A DNA stretch of 46,601 nucleotides from Heterodontus francisci (lineage: Eukaryota): the NCBI RefSeq assembly GCF_036365525.1, contig NC_090407.1, positions 31,320,444-31,367,044 on the forward strand. The letters are read 5' to 3'. The position numbers and the translations under genes were made by a program. The notes beneath the pieces were generated by a model. The model did not search any database. It was not told where the DNA came from and saw nothing but the letters and a program-made list of their open reading frames with translations. Shown here one piece after another: positions 1-11,894 of the stretch (position 1 is its first letter; every line of letters begins with the position of its first letter).

Positions 1-1612
1 GGGTGAGAGAGAGAGACTCCTNNNNNNNNNNNNNNNNNNNNNNNNNNNNNNNNNNNNNNNNNNNNNNNNNNNNNNNNNNNNNNNNNNNNNNNNNNNNNNN
101 NNNNNNNNNNNNNNNNNNNNNNNNNNNNNNNNNNNNNNNNNNNNNNNNNNNNNNNNNNNNNNNNNNNNNNNNNNNNNNNNNNNNNNNNNNNNNNNNNNNN
201 NNNNNNNNNNNNNNNNNNNNNNNNNNNNNNNNNNNNNNNNNNNNNNNNNNNNNNNNNNNNNNNNNNNNNNNNNNNNNNNNNNNNNNNNNNNNNNNNNNNN
301 NNNNNNNNNNNNNNNNNNNNNNNNNNNNNNNNNNNNNNNNNNNNNNNNNNNNNNNNNNNNNNNNNNNNNNNNNNNNNNNNNNNNNNNNNNNNNNNNNNNN
401 NNNNNNNNNNNNNNNNNNNNNNNNNNNNNNNNNNNNNNNNNNNNNNNNNNNNNNNNNNNNNNNNNNNNNNNNNNNNNNNNNNNNNNNNNNNNNNNNNNNN
501 NNNNNNNNNNNNNNNNNNNNNNNNNNNNNNNNNNNNNNNNNNNNNNNNNNNNNNNNNNNNNNNNNNNNNNNNNNNNNNNNNNNNNNNNNNNNNNNNNNNN
601 NNNNNNNNNNNNNNNNCCGGGTGAGAGAGAGACAGACTCTCCTTCCCCATCCCGGGTGAGAGAGAGAGAGACTCCTTCCCCATCCCGGGTGAGAGAGAGA
701 GAGAGAGAGAGACTCCTTCCCCATCCCGGGTGAGAGAGAGACTCCTTCCCCATCCCGGGTGTGAGAGAGAGAGAGACTCCTTCCCCATCCCGGGTGTGAG
801 AGAGAGAGAGACTCCTTCCCCATCCCGGGTGTGAGAGAGAGAGAGACNNNNNNNNNNNNNNNNNNNNNNNNNNNNNNNNNNNNNNNNNNNNNNNNNNNNN
901 NNNNNNNNNNNNNNNNNNNNNNNNNNNNNNNNNNNNNNNNNNNNNNNNNNNNNNNNNNNNNNNNNNNNNNNNNNNNNNNNNNNNNNNNNNNNNNNNNNNN
1001 NNNNNNNNNNNNNNNNNNNNNNNNNNNNNNNNNNNNNNNNNNNNNNNNNNNNNNNNNNNNNNNNNNNNNNNNNNNNNNNNNNNNNNNNNNNNNNNNNNNN
1101 NNNNNNNNNNNNNNNNNNNNNNNNNNNNNNNNNNNNNNNNNNNNNNNNNNNNNNNNNNNNNNNNNNNNNNNNNNNNNNNNNNNNNNNNNNNNNNNNNNNN
1201 NNNNNNNNNNNNNNNNNNNNNNNNNNNNNNNNNNNNNNNNNNNNNNNNNNNNNNNNNNNNNNNNNNNNNNNNNTCCCGGGGAGAGAGAGAGGGAGCGAGA
1301 GACTCCTTCCCCATCCCGGGGAGAGAGGGAGCGAGAGACTCCTTCCCCATCCCGGGTGAGAGAGAGAGAGACTCCTTCCCCATCCCAGGAGAGAGAGAGA
1401 GACTCCTTCCCCATCCCAGGAGAGAGAGAGAGACTCCTTCCCCATCCCGGGAGGGAGAGAGAGAGACTCCTTCCCCATCCCGGGAGAGAGAGAGACTCCT
1501 TCCCCATCCCGGGAGAGAGAGAGACTCCTACCCCATCCCGGGGAGGGGGAGAGAGAGATAGAGGCGGGGAGAGCCCTTCCCCATCCCGGGGAGAGAGACT
1601 CCTTCCCCATCC
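1..1612. repeat. Minisatellite: (GA)n-CTCCTTCCCCATCCCGG unit of ~28-42 bp, interrupted by two N gaps (22-616, 848-1273)
   Basis: Core gagactccttccccatccc(g/a)gg repeated many times with a variable GA spacer. It decays into purine-rich diverged copies up to ~2010. Confidence 0.95.
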
Positions 1613-3331
1613 TGGGGCCAAGGGAGCAGTGGGACACCCACTCCCAGCTCCAGCCCCGGGCTCCCAGCAGCGCAAATCTTGTCTCTGCCTGGAGCCCAGG
1701 GGAAGGAGAGGGACAGCAGCAGCACAGAGACCCCCAGGAGCGAGAGAGAGAGAGAGCTCAGGGTGTGGGGTGAGAGACCCTTCCCCACCCCAGGGTCAAG
1801 AGAGAGTCCCTCTGCCCCAGGGTGAAGAGTGGGTTGGGGTGGGAGGGTGGAGAGAGAGATTCCTTCCCCCTCTCAGGGCCAAGAAAGAGAAAGGTCCCAG
1901 GGTGGGGGACCAAGACCAACATAGAGCTCTGAGGATCAGGAGAGAGAGAGCCCTTCCCCCTCCCAAGGCCAGGAGGAGGGAAGGAGAGAGAGAGGGAGGC
2001 CTTCCCCTCTGCAGATAGCATTGTTTCCAAATGCAGGGTTAATATAAATGAACTATTGAAGTTTTGGGCGTTTGTGGTGGTGTAAGAGTCAGCAAAACAA
2101 TTGTTTATCATGTATCAGCACCATTGATATCATTGCTTTGTGTGTTTGAATTTCTATTTAGTTTGCCAGCAGCAGTTTCTGAGCCTCAGCTCCCAGAGAG
2201 TTTGAGTTTGACCCAGAGCTGTTAGGAGTGGAGCACCTGATTGTACTGTTATCTGCAGATTATCTTGCTGGATCCAGTATTGTGTGTGTGTTGATCTATA
2301 GTCTTAAACTTAATTTAGAAAGAAAGGCTTTGACAATGCCAAGATGTCCCAAAGCACTTTATAGCCTGGACACCGGGGAGAACTCCACTGCTCCAAAATA
2401 TTTGTTGCATGGTGTTTAGTTGCTTGGTTGAGCTACATCTGAAACCCACGGGGGAGAATTAGGCAATAATCCCGAGATTTAGTTGAAGTTTTGAAGCCTG
2501 TAAGTTTGTCTGATGGTTTGGTGAAAAATACAGGCCGTCACTGCCCGAGATGAATTTCCGCCCTCGCAGTCTAAGGTGACACACATAGAATGGCAAAGGA
2601 GTGGTAGGGGGAGGCTCCTGGAAATGCACCCCAGCATCTTGAGAAGGGCAGGCGGAAGATCAGCCATTCATCTTAAAGGGCCACTGTATTTGTGAGAAGA
2701 AACATTTGAGGCAAACAATGGAATATCATAAATGAAATGCATAAGTGCATCATTTACGTGTGACAGAAGTGGACTTTGTCTCTTTTATCTCCTCTACCCA
2801 CGCAAAAAAGAAGTCGGTCAAACATTTTTCATGCAGACACTACCCCTTTAAACTCTCAGGGCCTACTTGTTAGCCATGTGCCATTTCATTGTTGGATGGA
2901 TCACGGGGTCGTACTCCGTATTCTCTCGATTATGTGAATCACTGATAGTTTCTGCTTTCTAAATCTAGGCAACATGATGCAAAATGATACCAGCCAGGTG
3001 GCTGGGAGCTATAGGGTGCTTCAGTGGTCCCATGGATTTAAGAGGGAGGAAAAAAAAGTCCAGTTTTTCCCGCTCTTGATGGTGACCTCATTGAGAAGAG
3101 GATTGGGTTTTGTCTGTGATGGCTGTCATGGTTGAATGTCCAGCCAGTAGTTTAGGTTCATGCATGATGAAAGGCCATTTTGGGCGAGGTACTCGACTCC
3201 AGCGGCACTTGTGGAGCAGGATTCCTTCGGGAGAGGAGTTAACCAAGAAAAGAAAGACATCTGGGTGGGACTGCACTTGCCTGATTCCATTCTCATCTAT
3301 CCAGTTGTAGCAGAGAATCACCTACAATGGC

Positions 3332-3648
3332 TTTATTTATTTTATTTAGAGATACAGCACTGAAACAGGCCCTTCGGCCCACCGAGTCTGTGCCGACCAA
3401 CAACCACCCATTTATACTAACCCTGCAGTAATCCCATATTCCCTACCTACACTAGGGGCAATTTACAATGGCCAATTTACCTATCAACCCGCAAGTCTTT
3501 GGCTGTGGGAGGAAACCGGAGCACCCGGCGGAAACCCACGCAGTCACAGGGAGAACTTGCAAACTCCGCACAGGCAGTACCCAGAATTGAATCCGGGTCC
3601 CTGGAGCTGGGAGGCTGCGGTGCTAACCACTGCGCCACTGTGCCGCCC
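3332..3648 (-). mobile_element. tRNA-derived V-SINE (HE1-type elasmobranch SINE)
   Basis: Minus strand reads gggcggcacagtggcgcagtggttagc (A box), ggattcaattc (B-box-like), then the V-domain ggagtttgcaagttctccctgtgactgcgtgggtttcc, and a LINE-like tail gggccgaagggcctgtttcagtgctgtatctc followed by an A-rich end. Confidence 0.85.
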
Positions 3649-3659
3649 TTTTTCTGCAC

Positions 3660-4682
3660 CATTACCTCATAAGTCCCCCGAGGATCTGTCCTTGGCCCCC
3701 TGCTGTTTCTCATTTACCTGCCATCATCCAAAAAGATGTCAGGTTCCACGTGTATGCTGATGACACTCAGCTTCACCTCACCACCACCTCTCTTGACCCC
3801 TCCACTGGCTCTGATTTGTCATGCTGCTTGTCAGACATCCAAAATGGGAAGAAGTTTCCTCCAACTCAATATTGGAAAGACTGAAGTCATGGCTTTCAGA
3901 CCCTGCCAGATGCCATTCTGTAGTGATCAACTTCATTCCTGTCCCTGGCTGAGGCTGAACCAGACTGTTCACAACTACAGTGTCACATTTGACCCTGAGT
4001 CGAGCTTTCGGCTATATATCCGTGCTATCGCCAAGGCTGCTTATTTCCACCTCCGTAACATCACTCCAGCTCTGCCCTGCTTCAGCTCATCTGGTGTGGT
4101 GATGAAACTCACATCCATGCCTTTGTTACCTCTAGAATGATAAGTCTAGTGCTCTCCTGACCAGCCTTCCATCTTCCACTTTCTATAAACTTGAATTCAT
4201 TCAAAACCTTGCTGCCTGCATCCTAACTCGCACCAAGTCCCATTCACCGATCACCCCTGTGCTCACTGACCTACATTGGCTCCTGGCCCCCGCATACCTC
4301 AGTTTTAAAATTCACCTCCTTGTTGACAAATCCCTCTATAGCCTCGCCTCTCATATCTGTAATCTCCTCCAGCCCCACAATCCTCCAAGATCTCTGCTTC
4401 TTCAATTCTGGTGTCTTTAGCATACCTGCTTTTAAACGCTGCACCATTGGCAGCCCTCAGCTGACTGGGCCCTAACTTCTGGAATTCCCTCCCTCGGCCT
4501 TTCCGCCTCTCTACCTCCTTCTCCTCCTTTAAGATGAACTTTAAACCTATCTCTGACCAAGCTTTTGGTCACCTAATAGCTCCTTATGCGGCTTGGTTTT
4601 AAAACCTGTTTGATAATGTACTTCTGAACCTCCTTCAGATGTTTTACTTTATTAAAGGTGTTCTATGAATACAAGATGTTGC
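3660..4682 (+). mobile_element. L2-clade LINE, 5'-truncated and degenerate (RT C-terminus and 3' end)
   Basis: Remnants of YADD (tatgctgatgac ~3753), LQLNIGKTEV, AYFHLRNI and ITPVLTDLHWL, plus an L2-like 3' tail at ~4650-4682. Confidence 0.8.
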
Positions 4683-4685
4683 ATT

Positions 4686-5045
4686 TAATAAGTGCCTTTC
4701 ATGATCTCAGGACAGCCTGACGAGCTTCAGACCCTATGAAGTACTTTTGAATTATAATCAGTGTTATAATGTAGAAGCACAGTAGCTGATTTTGTGCACA
4801 GCAAGCTCCCACCAACAGCAATGTGATAATGACCAGATAATCTGTTTTTAGGTGTTGACTGAAGGATAAATATTGGCCAGGACACCTTGGCTAACTCTCC
4901 TGATCCACTTTGAAATAGTGGAATGGGATCTTTTACGTCCACCTGAGAGGGCAGTTCGGTCCTCAGTTTAACATTCCATACGAAGGACAGTACCTCCGAT
5001 AGTGCAGTACTCCCTCGGTACTGTGGTGGAGTGTCAGCCTCGAAT
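4686..5045 (-). mobile_element. Deu-domain SINE (SacSINE1/AmnSINE-related), 3' part. The 5' part resumes at ~9166-9208.
   Basis: Collinear with the intact copy at 32335-32797 (ctctcaggtggacgtaaaagatccc... gattatctggtcattatcacattgctg). Confidence 0.8.
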
Positions 5046-5420
5046 AGGAATATAGTACTCGGGAGCAAGAGTTGGCCATTCGGCCCCTCAAGCCTGCTTC
5101 AACATTCGATAAGATCATGGCTGCTCTGGTTGTGATCTCAACTCCACTTTCCTGTCTGCCCCCCATTTCCCTTGACTCCCTTCTCTATCAAAAATCTAAC
5201 TCCGCCTTGAATTAATTCAATGCCCCGCCTCCACTGTGGAAGAGAATTCCACAGACTAACAACCCTCGGAGAAAAATTTTTTCCTCGTCTCTGTCTTAAA
5301 AGGGAGACCTCTTATTCTTAAACTGTGTCTACTAGTTCTAGTCTCTCACACAAGAGAAAACATCCTCCCAGTATCCATTCTATTAAGTCCCCTCAGGATC
5401 TTGTATGTTTCGATAAGATA
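5045..5420 (-). mobile_element. CR1 LINE 3' end
   Basis: Typical CR1 tail on the minus strand (aggggccgaatggccaactc; tggaattctcttcc), similar to 46285-46601. Confidence 0.8.
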
Positions 5421-5577
5421 ATTACGAGCTCACAGGACACCAGTCTGGTATGGACTCTGTCTTTAATGAAACTGACTTTGATGGCTGCCCCCAGTCAGAG
5501 TGCCTCATGGTAGAGGTCACATGACTACGGCAAGCCAGGAGGCACATTAGTACAGTATTGCATTTCTATCCCAAACA
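5406..5577 (-). mobile_element. 3' LTR of the Gypsy element (distal boundary uncertain)
   Basis: Polypurine tract gaaaaggggga (5588-5578) is immediately followed by TG at 5577. The segment ends in ...AAACA at 5406, but that end also matches the adjacent CR1 sequence. Confidence 0.65.
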
Positions 5578-8500
5578 TCCCCCTTTTCATACAAAAAAAA
5601 ATTTGCATGCATGCATCATCATTTACACTGTGAGTTGCCCAAGGTACCCACTATGCACACAACTGTTCTCATGCATTAGTAGTTTGTCATTCTTATCAAT
5701 CTCTGCACATGCATTGCGCACACAGTCATTAAATCGTGCCAGTATCTTAATGGTGCGCGTGCGTGTTGTCAGTGGTTGTTCATCTGGTTGATTTTCCTTT
5801 TCAGGCGAGTGTCGTTCCGTTGTCACTTGTTGCTGCGGTAACTGTTGTTCCATTTGCTTTGTTGGGGTGCTGTGGACTTCTGGGGCTGATGGTTGTTCTG
5901 TGGCCTATGCAGTTCGTGAGTTCTCATCTTCCTGATCTGCGGTTGTTACGGTACATCTGGTCGTTCACTTCCACCGCATACGATCAAGGTGACAACTGCT
6001 CTACACAGGTCCCAAGTTGCCACCTGGTCTGATTCTTGTTGAGAGTGTTGAAAGTTTGTACCCTGACTGGCTCTCCAATGCTCAATTCTGGCAATGGTTG
6101 GCAGTTTTGTCAAAGTGAAATTTCACTTTCTGCTGTTTCACCTCGATTTTGTCACTCATGCCTGTTACTACTTCTGGCTTCAGTAGCTTTTTTGCTATTA
6201 GAAGAGTAGTTTGGGTGCGGCGTGACATTAGTATTTGTACCAGACTACTTTCCATGTCTTCGGTAGGTGTGTTTCTCCATTTGGGGATTGCTTTGTGCCA
6301 GATTTGTTCAATTTCTTTATGATTCCTTTGGCGATTTTCACTGCTGCCTCAGCCTTTCCATTAGACTGGGGATAGTGTGGAGATGATGTATGGTGTTGAA
6401 TTTCCCAGTCCTTTATGAAGCGGCTGAATTCTTCACTCGTGAACTGAGGGCCATTGTCAGTCATCACAATGTCTGGAATGCCGTAACAACTGGTGTGCTT
6501 TCAGGCGTTCTACAATCTCACCGGTAGTCATTGAGGTCAGCTGGTTCACCTCCCAGTAGTCAAAATAGTAGTCTACGGTGATAATCAGTTCCTGTGAGAG
6601 TGAAGAGGTCTTCTCCCAGCTTCATCTAATGTCTGTCTGGGATATCGTGTGTCATCAGCGGCTCTTTAACTTGCTTAGCTTGGTACTCGTTACACGCACT
6701 GCACTGGCTGAAGTGGTCCTTGATTTCATTGCTCATGTTTGGCCAGTAGAGCACTTCTCTTGCCTTCCTTAGACTCGATTCAATTCCTTGGTGGCTTACA
6801 TGGATGCACTTTAGCATCTCTCCTCTCAACTCTTTAGCGATAATCACTCAATTTTCTTTGCATAAGATGCCATCTTGGGCTGTCAATTTATCTCTGTAAG
6901 CCCAATATGTTCTTGTGACCACAGGAGTGTCCTTGATGCTGTCAGGCCATCCTTTCGTCACTACTTCTTGCAACACTTGTAGAGTTTGATCTTGTTGGGT
7001 AGTTTGCTTGATTTGGGCAAGGTGCTTGTCTGTCAGATTCATTGTCTCTGCTGGGTTGATGACTTCCAGAGCATGTCGAGCTGCAGCTTCACGTTGGATC
7101 TGGAAGATTTCACACTCTGTCGTAGCATCCTCTACTTTCTTCATAGGGAGTGCTGCTCTCGCTAGCATGTCCGTAATGTACATCCGTTTCCCTTGCTTGT
7201 ATGTCACATCCAGATGATATCTCTGTAACCGGAGTAACTTCCTTTGCAGATGCTTTGGAGCAGATAGTAGCGGCTTGAGGAAAATGCTTTGAAGTGGCTT
7301 GTGGTTGGACTTAGCTGTCAATTTGTCTCTTGCAAGTAGATATTGATGAAAATGTTCACAAGCAAAGACAATGGCCAGGCACTCTTTCTTGATCTGAGCC
7401 CTAGATGCAAATGCAAACAGTTGTTCTTGCTGCATTAGGGTTGTTCCGAGTCCTGTCTTGCTGGGTAACTTCATCTTTTACGTCATGGTATTTCAGCACT
7501 GGCGTTGCAGTCACTAACTGCCTTGATTTTAGTGAACGCTGCTTCTTGTTCCATATCCCAATACCACTGCATGTCCTTGGCAGTGAGTTGGCGTAATGGT
7601 TCACACTCTGACAGCAGATTGGGCAAGAATTTTGCTAAATAGTTGACGAATCCAACAAACCGTTGCACTGCTTTTTCATCTGTTGGTCGCCGTATCGCTG
7701 CTACTGCTGTCACCTTTTCAGGATCTTGGTGAAGACCTTTTGCTGTCAGTACATGACCTATGTACTTGAATTCAGGTATCTTTAATTGCAATGTTTTCTT
7801 GTTCAGCTTCAGGTTCATCTGGCGAGCTCCGTCCAGCAGTCGCACTAGATATTGATCATGGTCAGCAATGGCTTCTTCCATTGAGTCTCCACATCCATAA
7901 ACTAGCAGATCCTCTATCTTCTATAGCTTCCACTCCGGGAAGATCACTAACTATCTCATGCTGTCTGCGTTGATGCCCCTCTGGAACCATGGAAATGCCA
8001 AACGGCATGCGCAACCATCTGTATCTCCCGAACGGCGGCCAGAATGTGGTTAGAAAATTGCTGCTTTCATCCAGCTTCATTTGCAGTAACCATCGTTCGC
8101 ATCTAGGGTAGTGAAGATTTTTGCCTTTGCAAGTTGTAGCAAAATTCTTTCGATGGTTGGCATGGAGTAGTGTGATCTCTTCAGAGTTTTATTTAGATCC
8201 TTTGGGTCGATGCGTAGCCTCAGCTTTCCAGGTTGTTTCACTGCTACCAGGCTGCTAATCCATTCCATAGGGGTTGTTACTTTCTTGATTACTTGCTTCT
8301 TTTCCAGCTCTTCCATCTTGTCTTTCAGGCTGGTCTTGAGGGCCGCAGGACCTTTCCTCGGCAGATGCTGAATTGGTCTTACCCTCTCATCTACTTCAAG
8401 ATGATATTCTCCAGGAAGATAAGCTAAACCTGTAAATACATCATTGTACTCCTCTAGGATCTGTTCCACAGTCAATGATTTAGCGCACTGCGACAGGTTG

Positions 8501-8775
8501 CAAATCTCTTTTTGCATGTTGAGGGTTACCAGTCTAAGCTTTAGACTTGCTTCAGCTGAGATGAGTGGCTTTTGCTTGCCGTCTATGATCTAGAACTCCA
8601 GATCTTCGTTCTTGCCATTGCATTGGGCTCTCAGAGTAACTTGTCCTCTTGGCACTAGTATGGTGTCTTCATATAGCCTCAACCTTACTTCATTTTTGGA
8701 TCGCCATGTTGAGCCACTTTGCACAGGTCTGTGAAGGTCATAATGTTGCATGACACACCACTATCTATCTGGCAG
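5578..8775 (-). mobile_element. Ty3/Gypsy LTR retrotransposon pol, frameshifted, with gag and 5' LTR missing
   Basis: Domains in Gypsy order: protease CQIDSGVSCN (DSG 8765-8757); RT (WISSLVAVKQPGKLRLRIDPKDLNK, FGRYRWLRMPFGIS); RNase H (KECLAIVFACEHFHQYL); integrase HHCC (HVSHQG...CSAC) and DDE core (TDNGPQFTS, PQSNGKAEAAVK). Spread over several frames. Confidence 0.95.
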
Positions 8776-9165
8776 TCTCTCTCCATTTAAATATTATACT
8801 GCTTTCCTATTCCTGCCAAAGTGGACACGTTCACATTTTCCCACATTATACTCCATTTGCCAAATTTTGCCCACTCACTGAACCTATCTATATCCCTTTG
8901 TAGACTCTTTACCTTCTCTTGACAACTTACTTTCCTTCCGATCTTGGTGTCATCAGCAGATTTAGCTACCATACTTTCTGTCCCTTCATTCAAGTCATTG
9001 ATATCAATTGTAAATAGTTGAGGCCCCAGCACTGATCCCTGTGGCAATCCACTAGTTACAGCTTGCCAACCTGAAAAAGACCCAATTATCCCTGCTCTCT
9101 GTTTCCTGCTAGCTAACCAGTCCTCTTTCCATGCTAATATGTTACCCCCTAAACCATGTGCTCTG
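8776..9165 (-). mobile_element. CR1 LINE RT fragment
   Basis: Translates to VTSGLPQGSVLGPQLFTIDINDL...VAKSADDTKIG...LQRDIDR. Confidence 0.9.
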
Positions 9166-9368
9166 GTGTGGCTCAAGTCTTTGGAATGGGGCTTGAACCC
9201 ACAATCTGGTGAAAGAAAAGAACAAAATATTTGTGCCAAAATTAATCTTTCTAATTTTATAATATATTTTTAATAATTTACTAACCTCTGATGTTTGGTT
9301 TACAGCCCGAAAAGACATTTGGTCTTGAGCCAGCGTGGGGGTTGTGGAAAATATCTCCCTTTCTGAGC

Positions 9369-9627
9369 ATGGCCACTATCGGACACTTGCACGAGGATGT
9401 CCTGGTGGAGATCTTATCCTATATTCCCGCTAAAGAGTTGGTTTTAACATGCCGGTTGGTCTGCCAGATGTGGAAGGAGCTGGTGGATGGGATACATGTT
9501 TGGAAGAGGAAGTGCATTCGTGAAGGATATTTCAAAATGCACTGGGAGATGTTCCCAGACGACTGGAAAAAATTTTATTTCTATTCACCATTGAAGAAGA
9601 ATTTGCTTAAAAACCCTTGTGCAGAAG
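9369..9627 (+). CDS. fbxo6: FBA-family F-box gene A (FBXO6/FBXO44-like), coding exon 1: F-box and linker
   Basis: Acceptor ttacag|9306, ATG at 9369, MATIGHLHEDVLVEILSYIPAKELVLTCRLVCQMWKELVDG...KKNLLKNPCAE, donor G|gtgagc (phase 1). FBXO6 versus FBXO44 orthology is not resolved. Confidence 0.92.
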
Positions 9628-9725
9628 GTGAGCGCTCAGTTTACGTTTCTCCTAGGTGTTTATGTTGCACACCGGCTGCATTGATTCTTTCTGAAGCCAT
9701 CTCTCTAATGGGCTTGAGTTTTAAG

Positions 9726-9794
9726 CAGAGGGGCTCCCCACACCCCACAGAGGGGCTCCCCACACCCCACAGAGGGGCTCCCCACACCCCACAG
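9726..9794. repeat. 22-bp tandem repeat, about 3 copies
   Basis: cagaggggctccccacacccca repeated three times. Confidence 0.9.
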
Positions 9795-9960
9795 TGGGGC
9801 CTGGCTACAAATCAAATTAAAAAACCCTCCATTTTGAAGCGCTCTCTCCCTTGCTGCTGCTCTCAAGCTGGAAGGCCTCTGATTGGCTCTCCAGCTTCTA
9901 GGGCCCACCTGCCTGCCTTAATTGGACGGTAAGTCTGCCCTCTGACCATTAATTAAAGGG

Positions 9961-10352
9961 GGAGGCGGTGGCGTAGTGGTATTGTCGCTGGACTAGTAAC
10001 CCAGAGACCCAGGGTATTGCTCTGGGGACATGGGTTCGAATCCCACCACAGCAGAAGGTGGAATTTGAATTCAATTAATAAATCTGGAATTAAAAAGCTA
10101 GTCTAATGATGGCCATGAAACCATTGTCGGGTGTTGTAACAACTCCTCTGGTTCACTAATGTCCTTTAGGGAAAGAAATCTGCTGTCCTTACCTGGTCTG
10201 GCCTACATGTGACTCCAGACCCACAGCAATGTGGCTGACTCTTACATTCCCTCTGAAATGGCCTAGCAAGCCACTCAGTTAGGGCAATTAAGAATGGGCA
10301 ATAAATGCTGGCCTGGCCAGCGACGCCCACATCCCATGAATGAATAAAAAAA
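9961..10352 (+). mobile_element. tRNA-headed SINE sharing its head/body and tail with the LINE at 39317-42512
   Basis: A box TGGCGTAGTGG (9969-9979), B box GGTTCGAATCC (10033-10043), body to gccactcagtt (10280), then tail gggcaataaatgctggcc...gcccacatcccatgaatgaat plus poly(A). Confidence 0.9.
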
Positions 10353-10887
10353 AATTAATTGACCGCTCCGGGGAAAATCACAATGAGTGTCTGTTTCTTA
10401 CACAGTTAGGGCTTCTGAGCCCCATTTCAGTCTGACAGTGGGATTCAGAAGCCCGCAGGGACAATCCTGCACATTGTTTACAAAGGGATCGATGCCTATG
10501 TTGAGTGGTAACCATTTATGGGTTTGTGTCTGTAAAGGGGCAAGAGAGAAAAAGGGATCCACCAAATGGGGCTAGTGCGCTCTTGTCTGGATTTCTATGC
10601 AGTGGCACAAAGTGCTTTAAAATTATTTTTGAATTAGGCTGCCTTGGAATGGTGGTATTCATTCAGATGGTTCTGTTGATGAGTCATACTACTGTGGTCG
10701 TTGCTGCTCTGAATCTCTTCTCTTGCTCCTCCAAATATCCTCCTCCCCTCAACCTCACTGAGTTTAAGATGCATCATACCATCTCCTGTTAGAACTCACT
10801 GGCCTCAAGATTAACTGCCTCCTGATGGGTGGGAGAGAGTTGGCAGTTAAAGTGAAATGTACAGAATGTGGCCCCTACCATTTTTTA

Positions 10888-11179
10888 AAATTATTCATTC
10901 GGAGGATGTGGGTGTCGCTGGCTAGGCCAGCATTTATGGTCCATCCCTAATTATGATGAGCTGCCTTCTTGAGCTGCTGCAGTCCATGTGGGGTAGGTAC
11001 ACCCACAGTGCTGTTAGGAAGGGAGTTCCAGGATTTTGGCCCAGCAACGGTGAAGGAACAGTGATATAGTTCCATGTCAGAATGGTGTGTGGCTTGGAGG
11101 GGAACTTGCAGGTGGTGGTTTTCCCATGCATTTGCTGCCCTTGTCCTTCTAGTTGGTAGAGGTCATGGGTTTGGAAGGC
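10888..11179 (-). mobile_element. 5'-truncated copy of the 39317-42512 LINE family
   Basis: Collinear with 39317-39620. Both translate to HGxTTTCKFPSKxHTILTWNYI. Confidence 0.85.
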
Positions 11180-11894
11180 AGTGAATACCTGGGTGTCTTA
11201 GTGTCCCAACATGCAGAGACGGGATACTTATTAACATTTAAATTGGGCACCCACGATGCGATTGGGAAGTTAACTGTTAAAGGGAGGTGGATGCTGCTGG
11301 TGCCACAAGGGAGTAGTGCTTCTGCCTCATGGTGGCCTCCCCGAGCCCCATCTCCAGCCTCTGTTCAGTCCCCCACCAACACCTCAAATGGGTTTTTGCT
11401 TCAGTTTTTTAATGATTTGCCTTTCCTTTTAAGAAAGGTGGGACTGTCCCCAAGGGTCCCCAGTTGCAGCCAACTGTCACTGGTGTTCCCTCCTGTCTGG
11501 TTAGTCTGACTCCACACCCTTGGCCTTGCCGAGTTCTTCAGCTGTTTACGGCCTTCCTCCGCATTCTCCCAGGGGCCATTCTCACACACTGCCTCCTTCA
11601 GTATTCCCTTCCTCAATCAAGCTGCAGGCTTTAAAAACCTAGGCTTGGTTCATGCAACCGTGAGTACATTTATCTGATCTCCTATTCTACTCTTTTTAAC
11701 CCCGTGCACTGTGGGCCTTGGCCCTTCACCCAGGCTCTTCAATTCAAAAAATACCCTCCCGTCACTCAAAGTCTAGTCTCACATATTATGAAGGACGTTG
11801 AAGAGATCATTGAAGACTTGCCAGTGACTCAAAATCCAGAGAGTGGAAGCCAGCACTTTAGGGAGAGGAGGGGAAATTAAAAAAAAAAAAAAAT

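Noticed and set aside
617-1612. CRISPR-like repeat-spacer pattern
   Set aside because: The spacers are only (GA)n, the context is vertebrate and there are no cas genes.
3-2018. Long ORFs 3-659 and 831-2018
   Set aside because: Artefacts of N gaps and the GA-rich minisatellite.
5578-8775. Active or domesticated Gypsy gene
   Set aside because: Multiple frameshifts and stops, a degenerate RT DD motif, and no gag.
9628-9932. C-terminal part of ORF 9291-9932 (likewise 33374-33154 for gene B)
   Set aside because: Intron read-through past clear donors. Homology resumes in the downstream exons.
9961-10050. tRNA gene (also 42430-42512, 3580-3648, 32340-32400)
   Set aside because: A and B boxes are present, but these are retroposon heads continuous with SINE/LINE bodies and I could not fold a complete cloverleaf.
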